Of a stretch of DNA of 64,000 nucleotides, positions 1-10,029 are shown piece after piece; within the stretch, counting starts at the first letter, position 1, and the number at the start of each line of letters is the position of its first letter. Position numbers and translations under genes: made by a program. The stretch spans positions 1 through 64,000 of the IMG/VR virus record IMGVR_UViG_3300047200_000500; one strand, given 5' to 3'. The notes under the pieces are model-generated. The model had not been told where the DNA came from. It saw only the letters and a program-made list of their open reading frames with translations, and did not search any database. The DNA is from a virus.

Positions 1-1
1 A

Positions 2-283
2 AATAAGGTTTATGCACTTTACAACCCAGACACTGGCGAAATCATTCCTGGGCAGACCTTTATTACTGAACAGTACTATGCACAGACCTATTCAATCATG
101 CGCCGAGCACTTCTGGATATACAGATCTTGGAACTGACGCAGGCATTAAACGTAGCAACGGCATCCCTTACCTCTCTTCAGTCAGCCGATCCCGTAGATG
201 ACGCAGCCGTAGCAGCAGCCCTGGTCGTCCAGACCGCAGCCCAGATCGCTTTGGATACAGCAAAGGCACTGCTCCCCCAGTGA
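2..283 (+). CDS. 5'-truncated hypothetical protein, Ala-rich helical C-terminus, GC-richer than the rest of the window
   Basis: Frame open from the window edge (NKVYALYNPDTGEIIPGQ...) to TGA at 283; the ORF-track start at 98 is internal. Confidence 0.6.
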   Translation, partial: NKVYALYNPDTGEIIPGQTFITEQYYAQTYSIMRRALLDIQILELTQALNVATASLTSLQSADPVDDAAVAAALVVQTAAQIALDTAKALLPQ

Positions 284-404
284 TAACTGTGGTAAGATGT
301 AATAGTTTGTTGCAGCTTGTATAATACCTGGTCCAAGCCATACAAGCTGCAACAGGAAGCTGATGTTCATTGATTTAATAAAAATTTTACGAAGTAAATA
401 AAAC

Positions 405-845
405 ATGGCCAAAGAAATAACAAATCATGTACTTATTAATACATATAAAGCTCTAACCATTTTAGAATCGAAAACTTTTGATGGTCAAGTTTCATATGCG
501 ATATATGAAATGATTTCTAATTTTAAATCTAAAGTAGAAGTAATAGAAAAATTCAAAAATTCGTTAATTTTAAAATATGCCGAAAAAGATGACAAAGGGC
601 AAAGTACTAATGCTATAAAACCAACAGATAAAAATTGGTCAATGTTTTTAACTGAATTAGACGCTATCATGAATAAAGCTGTTATTCTTGATTTTGAAAT
701 TTTTGCATTTAAGAAAGAAAATTATAATTTATCGCAAAATAAAGATATACCACCATTTGTTTTTAGTGCATTAGAATGGACAAATGTTAAAGAAGAAGTT
801 AAAGAAGAAGTGAAAGAAGAAAAATCAAAGAAAAATAAATCCTGA
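405..845 (+). CDS. hypothetical protein
   Basis: 146-aa ORF; GTAAATAA motif at 394, 11 nt before ATG. Confidence 0.65.
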   Translation: MAKEITNHVLINTYKALTILESKTFDGQVSYAIYEMISNFKSKVEVIEKFKNSLILKYAEKDDKGQSTNAIKPTDKNWSMFLTELDAIMNKAVILDFEIFAFKKENYNLSQNKDIPPFVFSALEWTNVKEEVKEEVKEEKSKKNKS

Positions 846-1574
846 TCCATTGCATTTAGCACAAATTTTGCTGTTGATTTGAGTTATTCCACTGCCCTTA
901 CATAAAGGGCATTCTTTGGCGGAACCACCACCACCTCCGCCAATTCTTCCACCTCCGCTGGCACCACCTCTAATTAAGTCAAATGTACGTTTATCAACTG
1001 CAGTTATAACTTTATTTATATTGTCAGAATTTGAATCAGCCACAGCTATAGCCGTGGTTCCCATGTCACTTCTTGAAATATGCACATTATCAATAGTTTT
1101 AACTTTTTTATTGGTCTCTGTTATAATTTTATTGTCCTTACCTTTAATAGAACTAAATGCAGGTAAAGAAGAAGCAGCATAATCACCTGCTCCATCTTCA
1201 AAACTAACATTGGCACTAGCAGATTTTAAATTTCCATCAACTGATTTAAAACCATCATCAACTGTTTCCGATTTTGTTATGGAAGTTGATTTTACAATCG
1301 GTTGATCATCTTCTACTTGAGGCGGTTTAAAATTACCACCAAGCATTTTTATTAATTCATCCTTACTAACATTCATCGATTTTGCCATATCCTCTATTTT
1401 AGTAATCAATTCTTTCTGTTGATTCTTGCCAGATTCAATTTTACCAATGATCATCTGTTTGATGATTTTCATCGGGTGCTCATCGGCCAACTTCTCTGAT
1501 ACAAGATAAACTTTACCGTCAACCATAATTTCTGTTGTCGGTCCTTCTTCTCCAGAAACAAAGCATACTGGCAT
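825..1574 (-). CDS. hypothetical protein with C-terminal DnaJ-type Zn finger
   Basis: CPLCKGSG...CAKCNGSG after a Gly-rich linker; start moved to MPVCF (1574) because of an upstream GGAG and the divergent gene at 1603. Confidence 0.65.
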   Translation of the reverse strand: MPVCFVSGEEGPTTEIMVDGKVYLVSEKLADEHPMKIIKQMIIGKIESGKNQQKELITKIEDMAKSMNVSKDELIKMLGGNFKPPQVEDDQPIVKSTSITKSETVDDGFKSVDGNLKSASANVSFEDGAGDYAASSLPAFSSIKGKDNKIITETNKKVKTIDNVHISRSDMGTTAIAVADSNSDNINKVITAVDKRTFDLIRGGASGGGRIGGGGGGSAKECPLCKGSGITQINSKICAKCNGSGFIFL

Positions 1575-1585
1575 AATCAGACTCC

Positions 1586-1601
1586 GTATATAATTATATA
1601 C
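1586..1601. promoter_or_regulatory. perfect 16-bp palindrome giving a GTATATAA promoter-like motif on both strands
   Basis: GTATATAATTATATAC between divergent starts at 1574 and 1603. Confidence 0.6.
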
Positions 1602-1602
1602 C

Positions 1603-1962
1603 ATGACAGATAAAATAACAATTAATATAGTCGATATAGGGTTTAATATCAATGAAGAAATACAAAAAACATTAAAAGCTGAAATTTCTAAAGAGACATT
1701 AGATGACATAAACGATGTCATGACGGCTATTTCTAGTAAACCAGAAAATAAAAAAGCAGTAGAAAAAGTAGAAACTGAAAAGAAACTTGAAGAAATAATT
1801 CAACACATATTGATAAATGGTAAGATAACAAAAGATGAATTATCTAAGAAAATTCCAGATAAGAACATCATAAGCATAATTGGCTTACTTAGAAATTTTG
1901 CAACTAAATTTCACAATAAAGAATTAATTAAACAAAAAGATTATTATATATTTGTAAGTTAG
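1603..1962 (+). CDS. hypothetical protein, possible C-terminal winged helix
   Basis: 119-aa ORF with motif upstream. Confidence 0.6.
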   Translation: MTDKITINIVDIGFNINEEIQKTLKAEISKETLDDINDVMTAISSKPENKKAVEKVETEKKLEEIIQHILINGKITKDELSKKIPDKNIISIIGLLRNFATKFHNKELIKQKDYYIFVS

Positions 1963-2527
1963 TTTCCGATAATTTAATTAATTTTAACATTTGTTCTAGA
2001 CTAGTATCATCACAACAATAAGTTTTATATCCATTGTTTTTATCTAATTTACCTGGCAGATATTCGACACCAATGGTGTTAGCTGATTCAACATCAAAAA
2101 TTATTATCAATTTAAATAAATCACGACTAGCTTCCATTTCTAATTCAAAATACGGACATTTATTTTTAAACTTTGTCTTATTGTAACATTTATTAATACT
2201 TGTTTTATAGATCGATTTAAAATCAATTCCTGTTTTATCAAATAGTGGTTTAAGATTATTAAATAATCCACTGGATATATCAATTTCATCTGGTGAAAAT
2301 TTAATTAACATTATTTTATTGAAATTTAATGGATTTGGACAATGTGGATCATAATGAGTGTTATTGAGAACACATTCTGTGTCACCAAGTTCACAGAGTG
2401 AACACGCTTGAATACATCTTGATAACTGCCTTAGATAGCGTTCAAATTTTTGTTCTTTTGTCTCTGAACCGGCATCTGATTTTGTTATTGGCTTAGATTT
2501 ATTAGTTGGTTCATCTTTAGTCGTCAT
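1928..2527 (-). CDS. degenerate family-4 uracil-DNA glycosylase-like protein
   Basis: CIQACSLCELG Fe-S-like motif, IYKTSINKC...CPYF; canonical GEAPG and HPS motifs not seen; ATGA overlap with upstream gene fixes start at 2527. Confidence 0.5.
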   Translation of the reverse strand: MTTKDEPTNKSKPITKSDAGSETKEQKFERYLRQLSRCIQACSLCELGDTECVLNNTHYDPHCPNPLNFNKIMLIKFSPDEIDISSGLFNNLKPLFDKTGIDFKSIYKTSINKCYNKTKFKNKCPYFELEMEASRDLFKLIIIFDVESANTIGVEYLPGKLDKNNGYKTYCCDDTSLEQMLKLIKLSETNLQIYNNLFV

Positions 2528-3480
2528 GAAATCATAATCTTCTGCTTGTTTATTAACTTTCCTATTCTCTTCAAGCAACTTCCTATATCCATCAAGGGAT
2601 CGCATTGTGCATTACTTCCTATTAATACTATGTTTTTATCTTCAAAAAATTTTTTATCATATTCATAAAGTACTGGAATCGCATCATTTATAAAATGAGT
2701 GTCCAAGATATCAAATGAATTACTAAATACTGTCTTAAAAATATTATATGGATTATCATAATAATCTTTATAAACTTCTACTAAATAAATTCCATTTTTA
2801 ATTCGTGTACATTTATTAAATGGTATCACACTATCACATACTAATACTTGATTAGCTTTTTCTAAATCAATTTTTTCATCTTTTATTACATAATAATAAC
2901 ATGGAACACTTTCACTTCTATTGGAGATTCCAACCATATCTGCTAATGGATTGAACGGTATGGTTGAAATTAACTGATCATATTCTAATGTGGTATGTCC
3001 AGTATCCGTTTTTAACCATATACAATTGTCTTTTATAAATTCTATGCCTTTAACACTTTGATGTTCAGAATAATATGACTTGATGTTGTTGAGATTATGT
3101 TTAACTAAATATTTCCATAATGTTGAAGTACTAAAATTAAAAGCAGTAAAATCAGTCTTAAAATATTGACGTGATACAGGATTTATTTCAATGTTCGATT
3201 TTTCTAAAAATGAATCAACAAAAGTAGAACTATACAGTAGTTGACCACCAAATGAAAACGGCCTTTTATAAAACATTGGAATTTTATCAAACGGCCAGTC
3301 CTTAACTAAATCTGCTATTATGTTATCATAAACAATATAATTATCACCCCAGCTTATTTTGTCTGTATAAAACCTACTTGGACCAAGAGGTATAATATTC
3401 CAATCATCTCCCAGTATTTTCCTACACGCCAAGGCTACCAGCCCACTGCCTAGGATATATTTTTTAGATCGGTTCCACAT
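2524..3480 (-). CDS. divergent FAD/NAD-binding oxidoreductase-like protein (protoporphyrinogen oxidase/UDP-Galp mutase superfamily)
   Basis: N-terminal ILGSGLVAL dinucleotide motif, YDQLISTIP, C-terminal IVLIGSNAQ. Confidence 0.5.
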   Translation of the reverse strand: MWNRSKKYILGSGLVALACRKILGDDWNIIPLGPSRFYTDKISWGDNYIVYDNIIADLVKDWPFDKIPMFYKRPFSFGGQLLYSSTFVDSFLEKSNIEINPVSRQYFKTDFTAFNFSTSTLWKYLVKHNLNNIKSYYSEHQSVKGIEFIKDNCIWLKTDTGHTTLEYDQLISTIPFNPLADMVGISNRSESVPCYYYVIKDEKIDLEKANQVLVCDSVIPFNKCTRIKNGIYLVEVYKDYYDNPYNIFKTVFSNSFDILDTHFINDAIPVLYEYDKKFFEDKNIVLIGSNAQCDPLMDIGSCLKRIGKLINKQKIMIS

Positions 3481-3913
3481 TAAATAACCCAAGTTTTACA
3501 GGATCAATGAAGTCTGATTCTGGTTCTAAATCAGGATTAATTATTTGTATTTTGTTATCTTTTGGCCCTTCATCAACCATTTTAGTTATAATATGTTTTT
3601 TATTTGCCACTATTTCAACTTTAGTAGTGTCTGGTTTTGCTTTATTAATAACTTCTATTTTATTACTTTGTTCTATTAATTCAAGCTTTGACTCAACATT
3701 TGGCTCACATTGTTTACATTTAAAAATAAATGTCCCAACATTATCCTTAATATCAACATCATATTCGTTTAACGATGAACATTTTGGGCATGTGGTCACA
3801 ATTTTTGTAATTGAAATAGGCTGACGATTTTCATCATAAGTGAAATCAATGGGCCTAGCCCGATGTTTAACCCTGGCTATTTCAATTTCTATTAGATTGA
3901 ATAAATTACTCAT
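3464..3913 (-). CDS. hypothetical Zn-ribbon protein
   Basis: CPKC...CKQC; co-oriented with neighbours. Confidence 0.6.
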   Translation of the reverse strand: MSNLFNLIEIEIARVKHRARPIDFTYDENRQPISITKIVTTCPKCSSLNEYDVDIKDNVGTFIFKCKQCEPNVESKLELIEQSNKIEVINKAKPDTTKVEIVANKKHIITKMVDEGPKDNKIQIINPDLEPESDFIDPVKLGLFNVEPI

Positions 3914-4282
3914 TTATTTCCTTATTTTCTCATTGTTAGATTTTGCTACATTAACTACTTGTTCACGCAATTTAGAGAAACAACTGTCGCATATTTTAAA
4001 TGTTACATTACTATCAACATCATTATGGTCTGGATGTACTGTTATATTATTTATTTCGACATCATTGTTTACATTAGTGTTAGATCCACACATTTTACAT
4101 GATGGTTTATTAACATTAGCTAGTATCTTTGTTAATGCTTCATTTCCTATATCTAAATCCAATACTCTGCCTTTATCTTTATTGTTGATAACAACAGTAT
4201 GGTATACTAATTTATTGTCTTTTATTAAATAATCATTTCCTGACAAGTCACAAATAATTCCTTTTTTACTTGGGTGGAGCAT
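3914..4282 (-). CDS. hypothetical Zn-binding protein
   Basis: CDLSG, CKMC, CDSC motifs. Confidence 0.6.
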   Translation of the reverse strand: MLHPSKKGIICDLSGNDYLIKDNKLVYHTVVINNKDKGRVLDLDIGNEALTKILANVNKPSCKMCGSNTNVNNDVEINNITVHPDHNDVDSNVTFKICDSCFSKLREQVVNVAKSNNEKIRK

Positions 4283-6731
4283 TTTTGTTCCTTAATGTCA
4301 TTACACTACAGTTTCTTTGTAAATTAAATGAATGATATTTTTCATTCCACTGCACGGGTACACGGACACCATTTCCAACTTTATAAATTTCTTCATCTTG
4401 AAATCTTATTGAGTCTTCCCAAATTTTTATTGGGTATGTTTCTATGCCATCACTTACTTGATAATTTCTAAATTTTTTACCATTTTTAGTTCTGTTATCT
4501 ACAAATCCTTCAACTATTCCGTCAACGTAATAATCTCCTTCTATTTTAGCATTTTCAAAATTATATTCACTATCATATTCAAATAATTGCATTGGATCAG
4601 TCCAATAAACTCCAAGATATTCTTTCTCGAACATTAATTTTTCTTTTAAAGTATAATCAACAGTTAATGCAATTACATCATTTATTGTTGGAAAATCATA
4701 CCTTGGGCCAATTTTCGGTTCCCAATTAGAAATCTTAGCAGGAATTTTCTTTTTTGGAAATGCTTTTTTGAATTCTGTTGCTTGTCTTTCCTGTTCAATT
4801 TTTATTTTGTCACCAGACCAATCTTTTTCTAATAATATCTTATTAACATCTTCCCTTACTTTATCAGTTTCTTCACTTTTCGATGTATATTTATAAATAT
4901 ACCAGTGCCACAAACCTTTCCTATTTGGCTCTATGTCATCAAAAGCGCCAAGTTTTATTAATCTTTCAGATATAGACTTACTCTTGCCATATTTTATTAT
5001 AAAATCATTAATATCAGAACAAGCACCACCATCTTTACTATATTGCAATGCTGCATTTTCTCCAATACCTTTAATCATGGCTAAGCTAGGATATACATTT
5101 AAATTTTTATCAATCACAAATTTATCTGAAAACATTCCAATTCTTAATGGTTTAAATTTAACTCCTTCTGATTTTGCAACACTCACATGTTTTGGAACTT
5201 TATCAGGGTGGCAATATGTTAAAATTGATGCCCAAAATTCTGGAGGATAATGAGCCTTCAACCATAGTGACCGATATGCTACAATTCCATATGCCATTGC
5301 ATGTGATAAATTGAAACAATATCTTCCAAAATCAACCATTCTTGACCAATATCCTTGAGCAGAATAAAAATCTGATTTTGGGTATTTTCCTTCTTCATCT
5401 GGTTCAGTTGGATCATTTTTAAAACCATTTTTAACCATAGCAGCAATAATTCTAGGTCCAAGCTTTAAGACTTCTTCTTTTTTCTTTTTAGAAACTGCCT
5501 TTCTGGCTTTTTCTGCTTCTGGAGCAGTTAAACCACCAAACTTCATCCACATTGCAGTTAGTTGTTCTTGGTAAACTACCACCCCGAAAGTTGATGCTAA
5601 CAGTTCAGCTACTCTTGGATCTTCTTTTTTCTTCCAAGATTGTTTAGTGTCATCTCTACGAGCAGCCCACTCTGGTATCATTGCCATCGGGCCTGGACGT
5701 GCCATTGCAGTATATGCTACAAGATCAAAAAATGATTTCACTCCATTTGTCAATACACCCTTAGCTACAGGAGTGTCAAATTGGAAGACGGCATCAGTTT
5801 TTATTTGATCTGCCATTTCTATAGCTTTAGGATCATTCATTAATATTTTAACTTTAGTTCCATCAGACAATACCTCATATCCAAAATATGGCTCATCAAC
5901 AGTTGGATCGCTGACACTCCAATCAATTGTTATATCACGAGTTTGTTTTATCAATTGTTCAGTATAAACATTATAAGCCATTGTTTTTAAACCAAGAATA
6001 TCAAATTTTACAAGACCAAATTTGCTCAATTGAGATGAAGCTAAACCTTCTGTCCATTGACTAACATGTTTACCGTTAATAATGCTCATTGGTACAGTAT
6101 CAGCTAAATTAACACTACTAATGATAACCCCACCAGCATGTTGACCTTGAGATTTTATTCTACCCCTCAGTTTTAGCGCCAATTCAATTACTTCACGATT
6201 AGTTTCATAGTACAATCTAAATTCTTCATTAACTGCTGTTATATCATCCAAATCCATATCATCATATTCATTTGGTAAATTCTTGGTTAAAATTAAAGCT
6301 TTGTCCATGTCACCACTGAGAATTCTAACTGAATCAAGAATAGCCTGTTTAGTCCCTAACGTATTCCAGTTACCAACTGTACAAACTTTGTCACATCCAA
6401 ATTTGTTAGATATAAACTGTTTAATTGGATCACGGGCATAGGGAAGCATATCTGAATCAATATCTGGAAATTCCGCTTCATAAGTTATTACATGATTTAT
6501 GTTGTTGACTATTGGATCAACATTGGTTATTTTTAATAAAAAAGGTAACACTAAACCATTCTTATTTGTGTCGTATTTCTTTTTATCAATTACCATCTGC
6601 ATATAATAATCGTTGGCAGCTTGCTTTTCTATTTCCTTTAATTCAAAATCTAATCTTTTAACATATTCTGGGCCAAGTTTTTCTGCCGTCTTGGTAGCAA
6701 ACGACATTATATCGGACCATTCTATAGCCAT
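4266..6731 (-). CDS. dnaE: DNA polymerase III alpha (DnaE), catalytic-Asp/fingers/HhH/OB part, no PHP domain
   Basis: FPDIDSD, GQHAGGVII, GLVKFDILGL, VFQF, YQEQ, FNLSHAMAY, LKAHYP, IKGIG, EKEYLG. Confidence 0.92.
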   Translation of the reverse strand: MAIEWSDIMSFATKTAEKLGPEYVKRLDFELKEIEKQAANDYYMQMVIDKKKYDTNKNGLVLPFLLKITNVDPIVNNINHVITYEAEFPDIDSDMLPYARDPIKQFISNKFGCDKVCTVGNWNTLGTKQAILDSVRILSGDMDKALILTKNLPNEYDDMDLDDITAVNEEFRLYYETNREVIELALKLRGRIKSQGQHAGGVIISSVNLADTVPMSIINGKHVSQWTEGLASSQLSKFGLVKFDILGLKTMAYNVYTEQLIKQTRDITIDWSVSDPTVDEPYFGYEVLSDGTKVKILMNDPKAIEMADQIKTDAVFQFDTPVAKGVLTNGVKSFFDLVAYTAMARPGPMAMIPEWAARRDDTKQSWKKKEDPRVAELLASTFGVVVYQEQLTAMWMKFGGLTAPEAEKARKAVSKKKKEEVLKLGPRIIAAMVKNGFKNDPTEPDEEGKYPKSDFYSAQGYWSRMVDFGRYCFNLSHAMAYGIVAYRSLWLKAHYPPEFWASILTYCHPDKVPKHVSVAKSEGVKFKPLRIGMFSDKFVIDKNLNVYPSLAMIKGIGENAALQYSKDGGACSDINDFIIKYGKSKSISERLIKLGAFDDIEPNRKGLWHWYIYKYTSKSEETDKVREDVNKILLEKDWSGDKIKIEQERQATEFKKAFPKKKIPAKISNWEPKIGPRYDFPTINDVIALTVDYTLKEKLMFEKEYLGVYWTDPMQLFEYDSEYNFENAKIEGDYYVDGIVEGFVDNRTKNGKKFRNYQVSDGIETYPIKIWEDSIRFQDEEIYKVGNGVRVPVQWNEKYHSFNLQRNCSVMTLRNKNAPPK

Positions 6732-6764
6732 ACTTTATAATATACTTTGATTATAAATACTGGT

Positions 6765-7262
6765 ATGAAAATGTATAAAAATAAAGAATTAATATGTGAC
6801 ATACCTGATAATTTATTGATAAATGATACAATAATTAATAAAAACAAAATATACATGATAACATCAAGAACATGGGATAATGACGATCAAGAACTATACT
6901 GTAAAGTAGAAGAATTAAAAGAAAATACACTATCCATAAGTGAGATATTAAAAGAAATATATCAATCAAATTATTTTGAAACTGTTGGGAGTAACACCAA
7001 TAATATTCAAGATAATCCTAAAACAATAATACTTTTAACAATAGCAGGATTGATAATGGAGCCTGAATATTTCAGTAACCATCATAAACGGTATAAAAAT
7101 AATATTCTGACACATTGGAATAACAAGAAAACACCATGGAATGAAATTTTTGATGACAATCCGCCAATATATATCAATGATTTGTTAGTTATTAAATCGA
7201 CAGCTGTAAAATTATTGACCGATTTAAAAATTAATAAAAATTTGTGGCCTAAATTAACATAA
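6765..7262 (+). CDS. hypothetical protein
   Basis: ORF preceded by TATAAATA (6752-6759), 13 nt before ATG. Confidence 0.6.
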   Translation: MKMYKNKELICDIPDNLLINDTIINKNKIYMITSRTWDNDDQELYCKVEELKENTLSISEILKEIYQSNYFETVGSNTNNIQDNPKTIILLTIAGLIMEPEYFSNHHKRYKNNILTHWNNKKTPWNEIFDDNPPIYINDLLVIKSTAVKLLTDLKINKNLWPKLT

Positions 7263-8475
7263 CCTTATCATCAGTCTTTGCGCCTGTCCCAATAAATAAC
7301 GTCTTTGCTCCATATTTATTGGCAACTTTACTAATGTTTTCATCGAGCCATTGTTTGGCTTTATTAGTTAATTTGTCTGAACCATTTCCACGAACTCCGT
7401 TCATTTTACCATCAACATAATTCATAAAATTGATAGATAAGAATATGTTACGGCCAGTCCTATTAAACTTTATTGAATCATCTAAACCAAGCTTCGTGAA
7501 TGTTGCAACACGTCTTGGTAGTTTTGTGACACTGGTAATTTCCATTATTTTAGTTTCTGATTCACTTAGTTTCGTGACATGATCCCAATCAACTTCAGTT
7601 TGATCTTCATACCATCCACCCGAATCGCCAATATATGTTTCAAATTTCTTACCAGCTATTTTATACTCTTCAACTTCTGCCCATGTTAAGAATTTACCAC
7701 CATCTCCAATATACTTAAAACTGCTAATTCTAATTGGGAATGTCCTATAATTAAGAATCACGTTTCCAGCATAAATTGGTGGAAGAAACATGCCATCAAG
7801 AGCAGCAGATACCGTTACATTTCTATTGGTACATGCTGGATGAAATTTATAATTCAAACTAAGTGGAAATCCTTGAGCTATTTCAAGAAGTCCTTTTTGA
7901 CCAGCATCAAGTCTTGAAATTATTTCATTTGAAACATCACATATCATTTCTTTTAATTCTGGTACATCCTTAGCATATAAGGTGTCCTTCCTTCTCAACA
8001 TTTTTCTAACTCTTGCCGGGCCTGTACCATGACAAGTAGAACCGTTTTTCTTAGTACCATCCTCTAACTTATTATATTTATTACCATCAAAATCAACTTC
8101 ACCTCTTTCATATGCCATATCTTTTTCTTGAATAATAGTAGCAAGTGGGTGAATACCAATCTTACTGATTGGAATGTTATTTTCTTCTATTTCTCTAAAA
8201 AGTGCTGGTAGTTCGATCGCTGCATCTGGCCCGATAAAAATTTTTTGATATTTATTTTGATAAGCACAACTATTGAAAGTCTGATAAAAATATGATTTGC
8301 CATTGTCAAGTTTGATCCAATGGCCTGCCTGAGCACTAAAAGCGTTGCACGCAAAATCATAATCAGCATGTTCACAAATGAATGACGCAATAGCTCCCTT
8401 ACCGCTAGAGCCTGGTGAACCATCCATTAATATTGTTAATTTGCCATTCTCAAATACAAAATTAGTGTCAAACAT
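7249..8475 (-). CDS. purZ: PurZ-type 2-amino-adenylosuccinate synthetase (PurA paralog)
   Basis: GSSGKG (Ser where PurA has GDEGKG), AGH, GSTxxG, EIAQG, RTFPIRI, TSVTKLPRR, INFMNY; AGGAG RBS. Confidence 0.85.
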   Translation of the reverse strand: MFDTNFVFENGKLTILMDGSPGSSGKGAIASFICEHADYDFACNAFSAQAGHWIKLDNGKSYFYQTFNSCAYQNKYQKIFIGPDAAIELPALFREIEENNIPISKIGIHPLATIIQEKDMAYERGEVDFDGNKYNKLEDGTKKNGSTCHGTGPARVRKMLRRKDTLYAKDVPELKEMICDVSNEIISRLDAGQKGLLEIAQGFPLSLNYKFHPACTNRNVTVSAALDGMFLPPIYAGNVILNYRTFPIRISSFKYIGDGGKFLTWAEVEEYKIAGKKFETYIGDSGGWYEDQTEVDWDHVTKLSESETKIMEITSVTKLPRRVATFTKLGLDDSIKFNRTGRNIFLSINFMNYVDGKMNGVRGNGSDKLTNKAKQWLDENISKVANKYGAKTLFIGTGAKTDDKVMLI

Positions 8476-8570
8476 GGTTTTATTCTCCTAGATTGTTTAA
8501 ATACTTGCAAAGTTATTTTTGAATCAGTATGATTATGTAAAGCATTTAACTAAAAACGCAAATTTATAAT

Positions 8571-9512
8571 ATGAATACATCACCAAAACTAGATGATCAA
8601 GCAATACAATATATAATTACAAATTATAATCACCGCAACTCTTCTGAATTAAGCAAAAAATTTAATGTGCAATTATCAACAATAGTTCACCATTTAAAGA
8701 AAAACAATGTTTATATAAAAGTCATGCCAAAACTCAATAATAACGACAAAATCAATATAATAAATGATTATAAAAGAGGGATTGATGTTTTAAAATTATC
8801 TAAACAATATGATATAGCTGTACAAAATGTTCATCGTTTATTAAAATTAAACAACATAAAAATACGTAATTCAAGAAATAAAAATGGTAGATTATATGAC
8901 TTGAATGAAAATTATTTTAGATCAATAAAAAATAGCGATGTTGCATATATAATAGGGTTAATAATAACTGATGGTAATGTAATGATTAGATATAACGGAT
9001 GTTACCTATCGATAACATTACATATAAACGATAAATATATTCTTGAAGAAATAAGCAAAAAATTAAGTTACAATGGCCCATTATACATTTATAAAAATAG
9101 AAATGCATGCGCATTAAAAATATGTTCTAAAATATTATGTGACGATTTAAAAAAATATTGCATTGTACCAAATAAAAGTTTAACTGTAAAGTTTCCTGAT
9201 ATTAACAAATATTTTTATCATTTTTTGAGAGGAGTTATTGATGGTGACGGTTCGATAATGATGTCACAAAAACGTAATAGACCAGCAATAGTTATATATA
9301 GTGGATCTTTTAATTTTACTAATGGCTTATATAAAAAATTATGTAAATTAAAAATGGAACCGGTATTTCAAAAAGTTAATGATAGAGCATACAGAATAAT
9401 TATCGGAAAAAGAAAACCAATAGTAAAATTATTAAAATTGTTATATAAAAATGCGAATATGTTTCTAATAAGAAAAAAAGAAATGGCTAATAAAATTATA
9501 GATCAATTTTAA
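8571..9512 (+). CDS. free-standing LAGLIDADG homing endonuclease with N-terminal HTH repeats
   Basis: YIIGLIITDG and FLRGVIDGDG motifs; antisense to flanking genes. Confidence 0.85.
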   Translation: MNTSPKLDDQAIQYIITNYNHRNSSELSKKFNVQLSTIVHHLKKNNVYIKVMPKLNNNDKINIINDYKRGIDVLKLSKQYDIAVQNVHRLLKLNNIKIRNSRNKNGRLYDLNENYFRSIKNSDVAYIIGLIITDGNVMIRYNGCYLSITLHINDKYILEEISKKLSYNGPLYIYKNRNACALKICSKILCDDLKKYCIVPNKSLTVKFPDINKYFYHFLRGVIDGDGSIMMSQKRNRPAIVIYSGSFNFTNGLYKKLCKLKMEPVFQKVNDRAYRIIIGKRKPIVKLLKLLYKNANMFLIRKKEMANKIIDQF

Positions 9513-10029
9513 TCATTTTAATTTTTAATTTTTTTAGCATCTTATCAGAAACTTCATCATATGGATATATATCCATATAACATACAGTTTTTATTTTACT
9601 TGGTAAAATAACATTTTTAACACAATTGTGACATGGGTAATTTGTTATAAACATTTTTGATGTTTTTGGATTAAATCTATCAATTGCTTTTATGAAATTA
9701 TTTTGCTCGGCATGTACCACATAAGCATATTTGTTATGTTTATCATCTTTATTCCTATTGTCCCATAACAAAACTTCGTCTGGGAAACCAACTGGAAAAC
9801 CATTATATCCAAGAAATAACGCTCCACTGTCATAATCATAAATTGATGAACCAACTTTTGTATTTGGATCTTTTGACCGAATTTGTGACCATAAATATGT
9901 AATTAACATTACTGATTTATCAATATCCAACTTACTTTTATAACATTTATTTACAATGTTATTTTTAAAATTTAAAATTTTATTAATATCTAGCTTGGTA
10001 TCTTTGCTATTACGTTTTGATTCATCCAT
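9496..10029 (-). CDS. dCMP deaminase family protein
   Basis: RSKDPNTKVG, GYNG, VVHAEQN, PCHNC. Confidence 0.85.
   Translation of the reverse strand: MDESKRNSKDTKLDINKILNFKNNIVNKCYKSKLDIDKSVMLITYLWSQIRSKDPNTKVGSSIYDYDSGALFLGYNGFPVGFPDEVLLWDNRNKDDKHNKYAYVVHAEQNNFIKAIDRFNPKTSKMFITNYPCHNCVKNVILPSKIKTVCYMDIYPYDEVSDKMLKKLKIKMIKIDL

Noticed and set aside
7249-8475. Ordinary purA auxiliary metabolic gene
   Set aside because: Lacks GDEGKG and the TKLD GTP motif and has the PurZ-type substitutions
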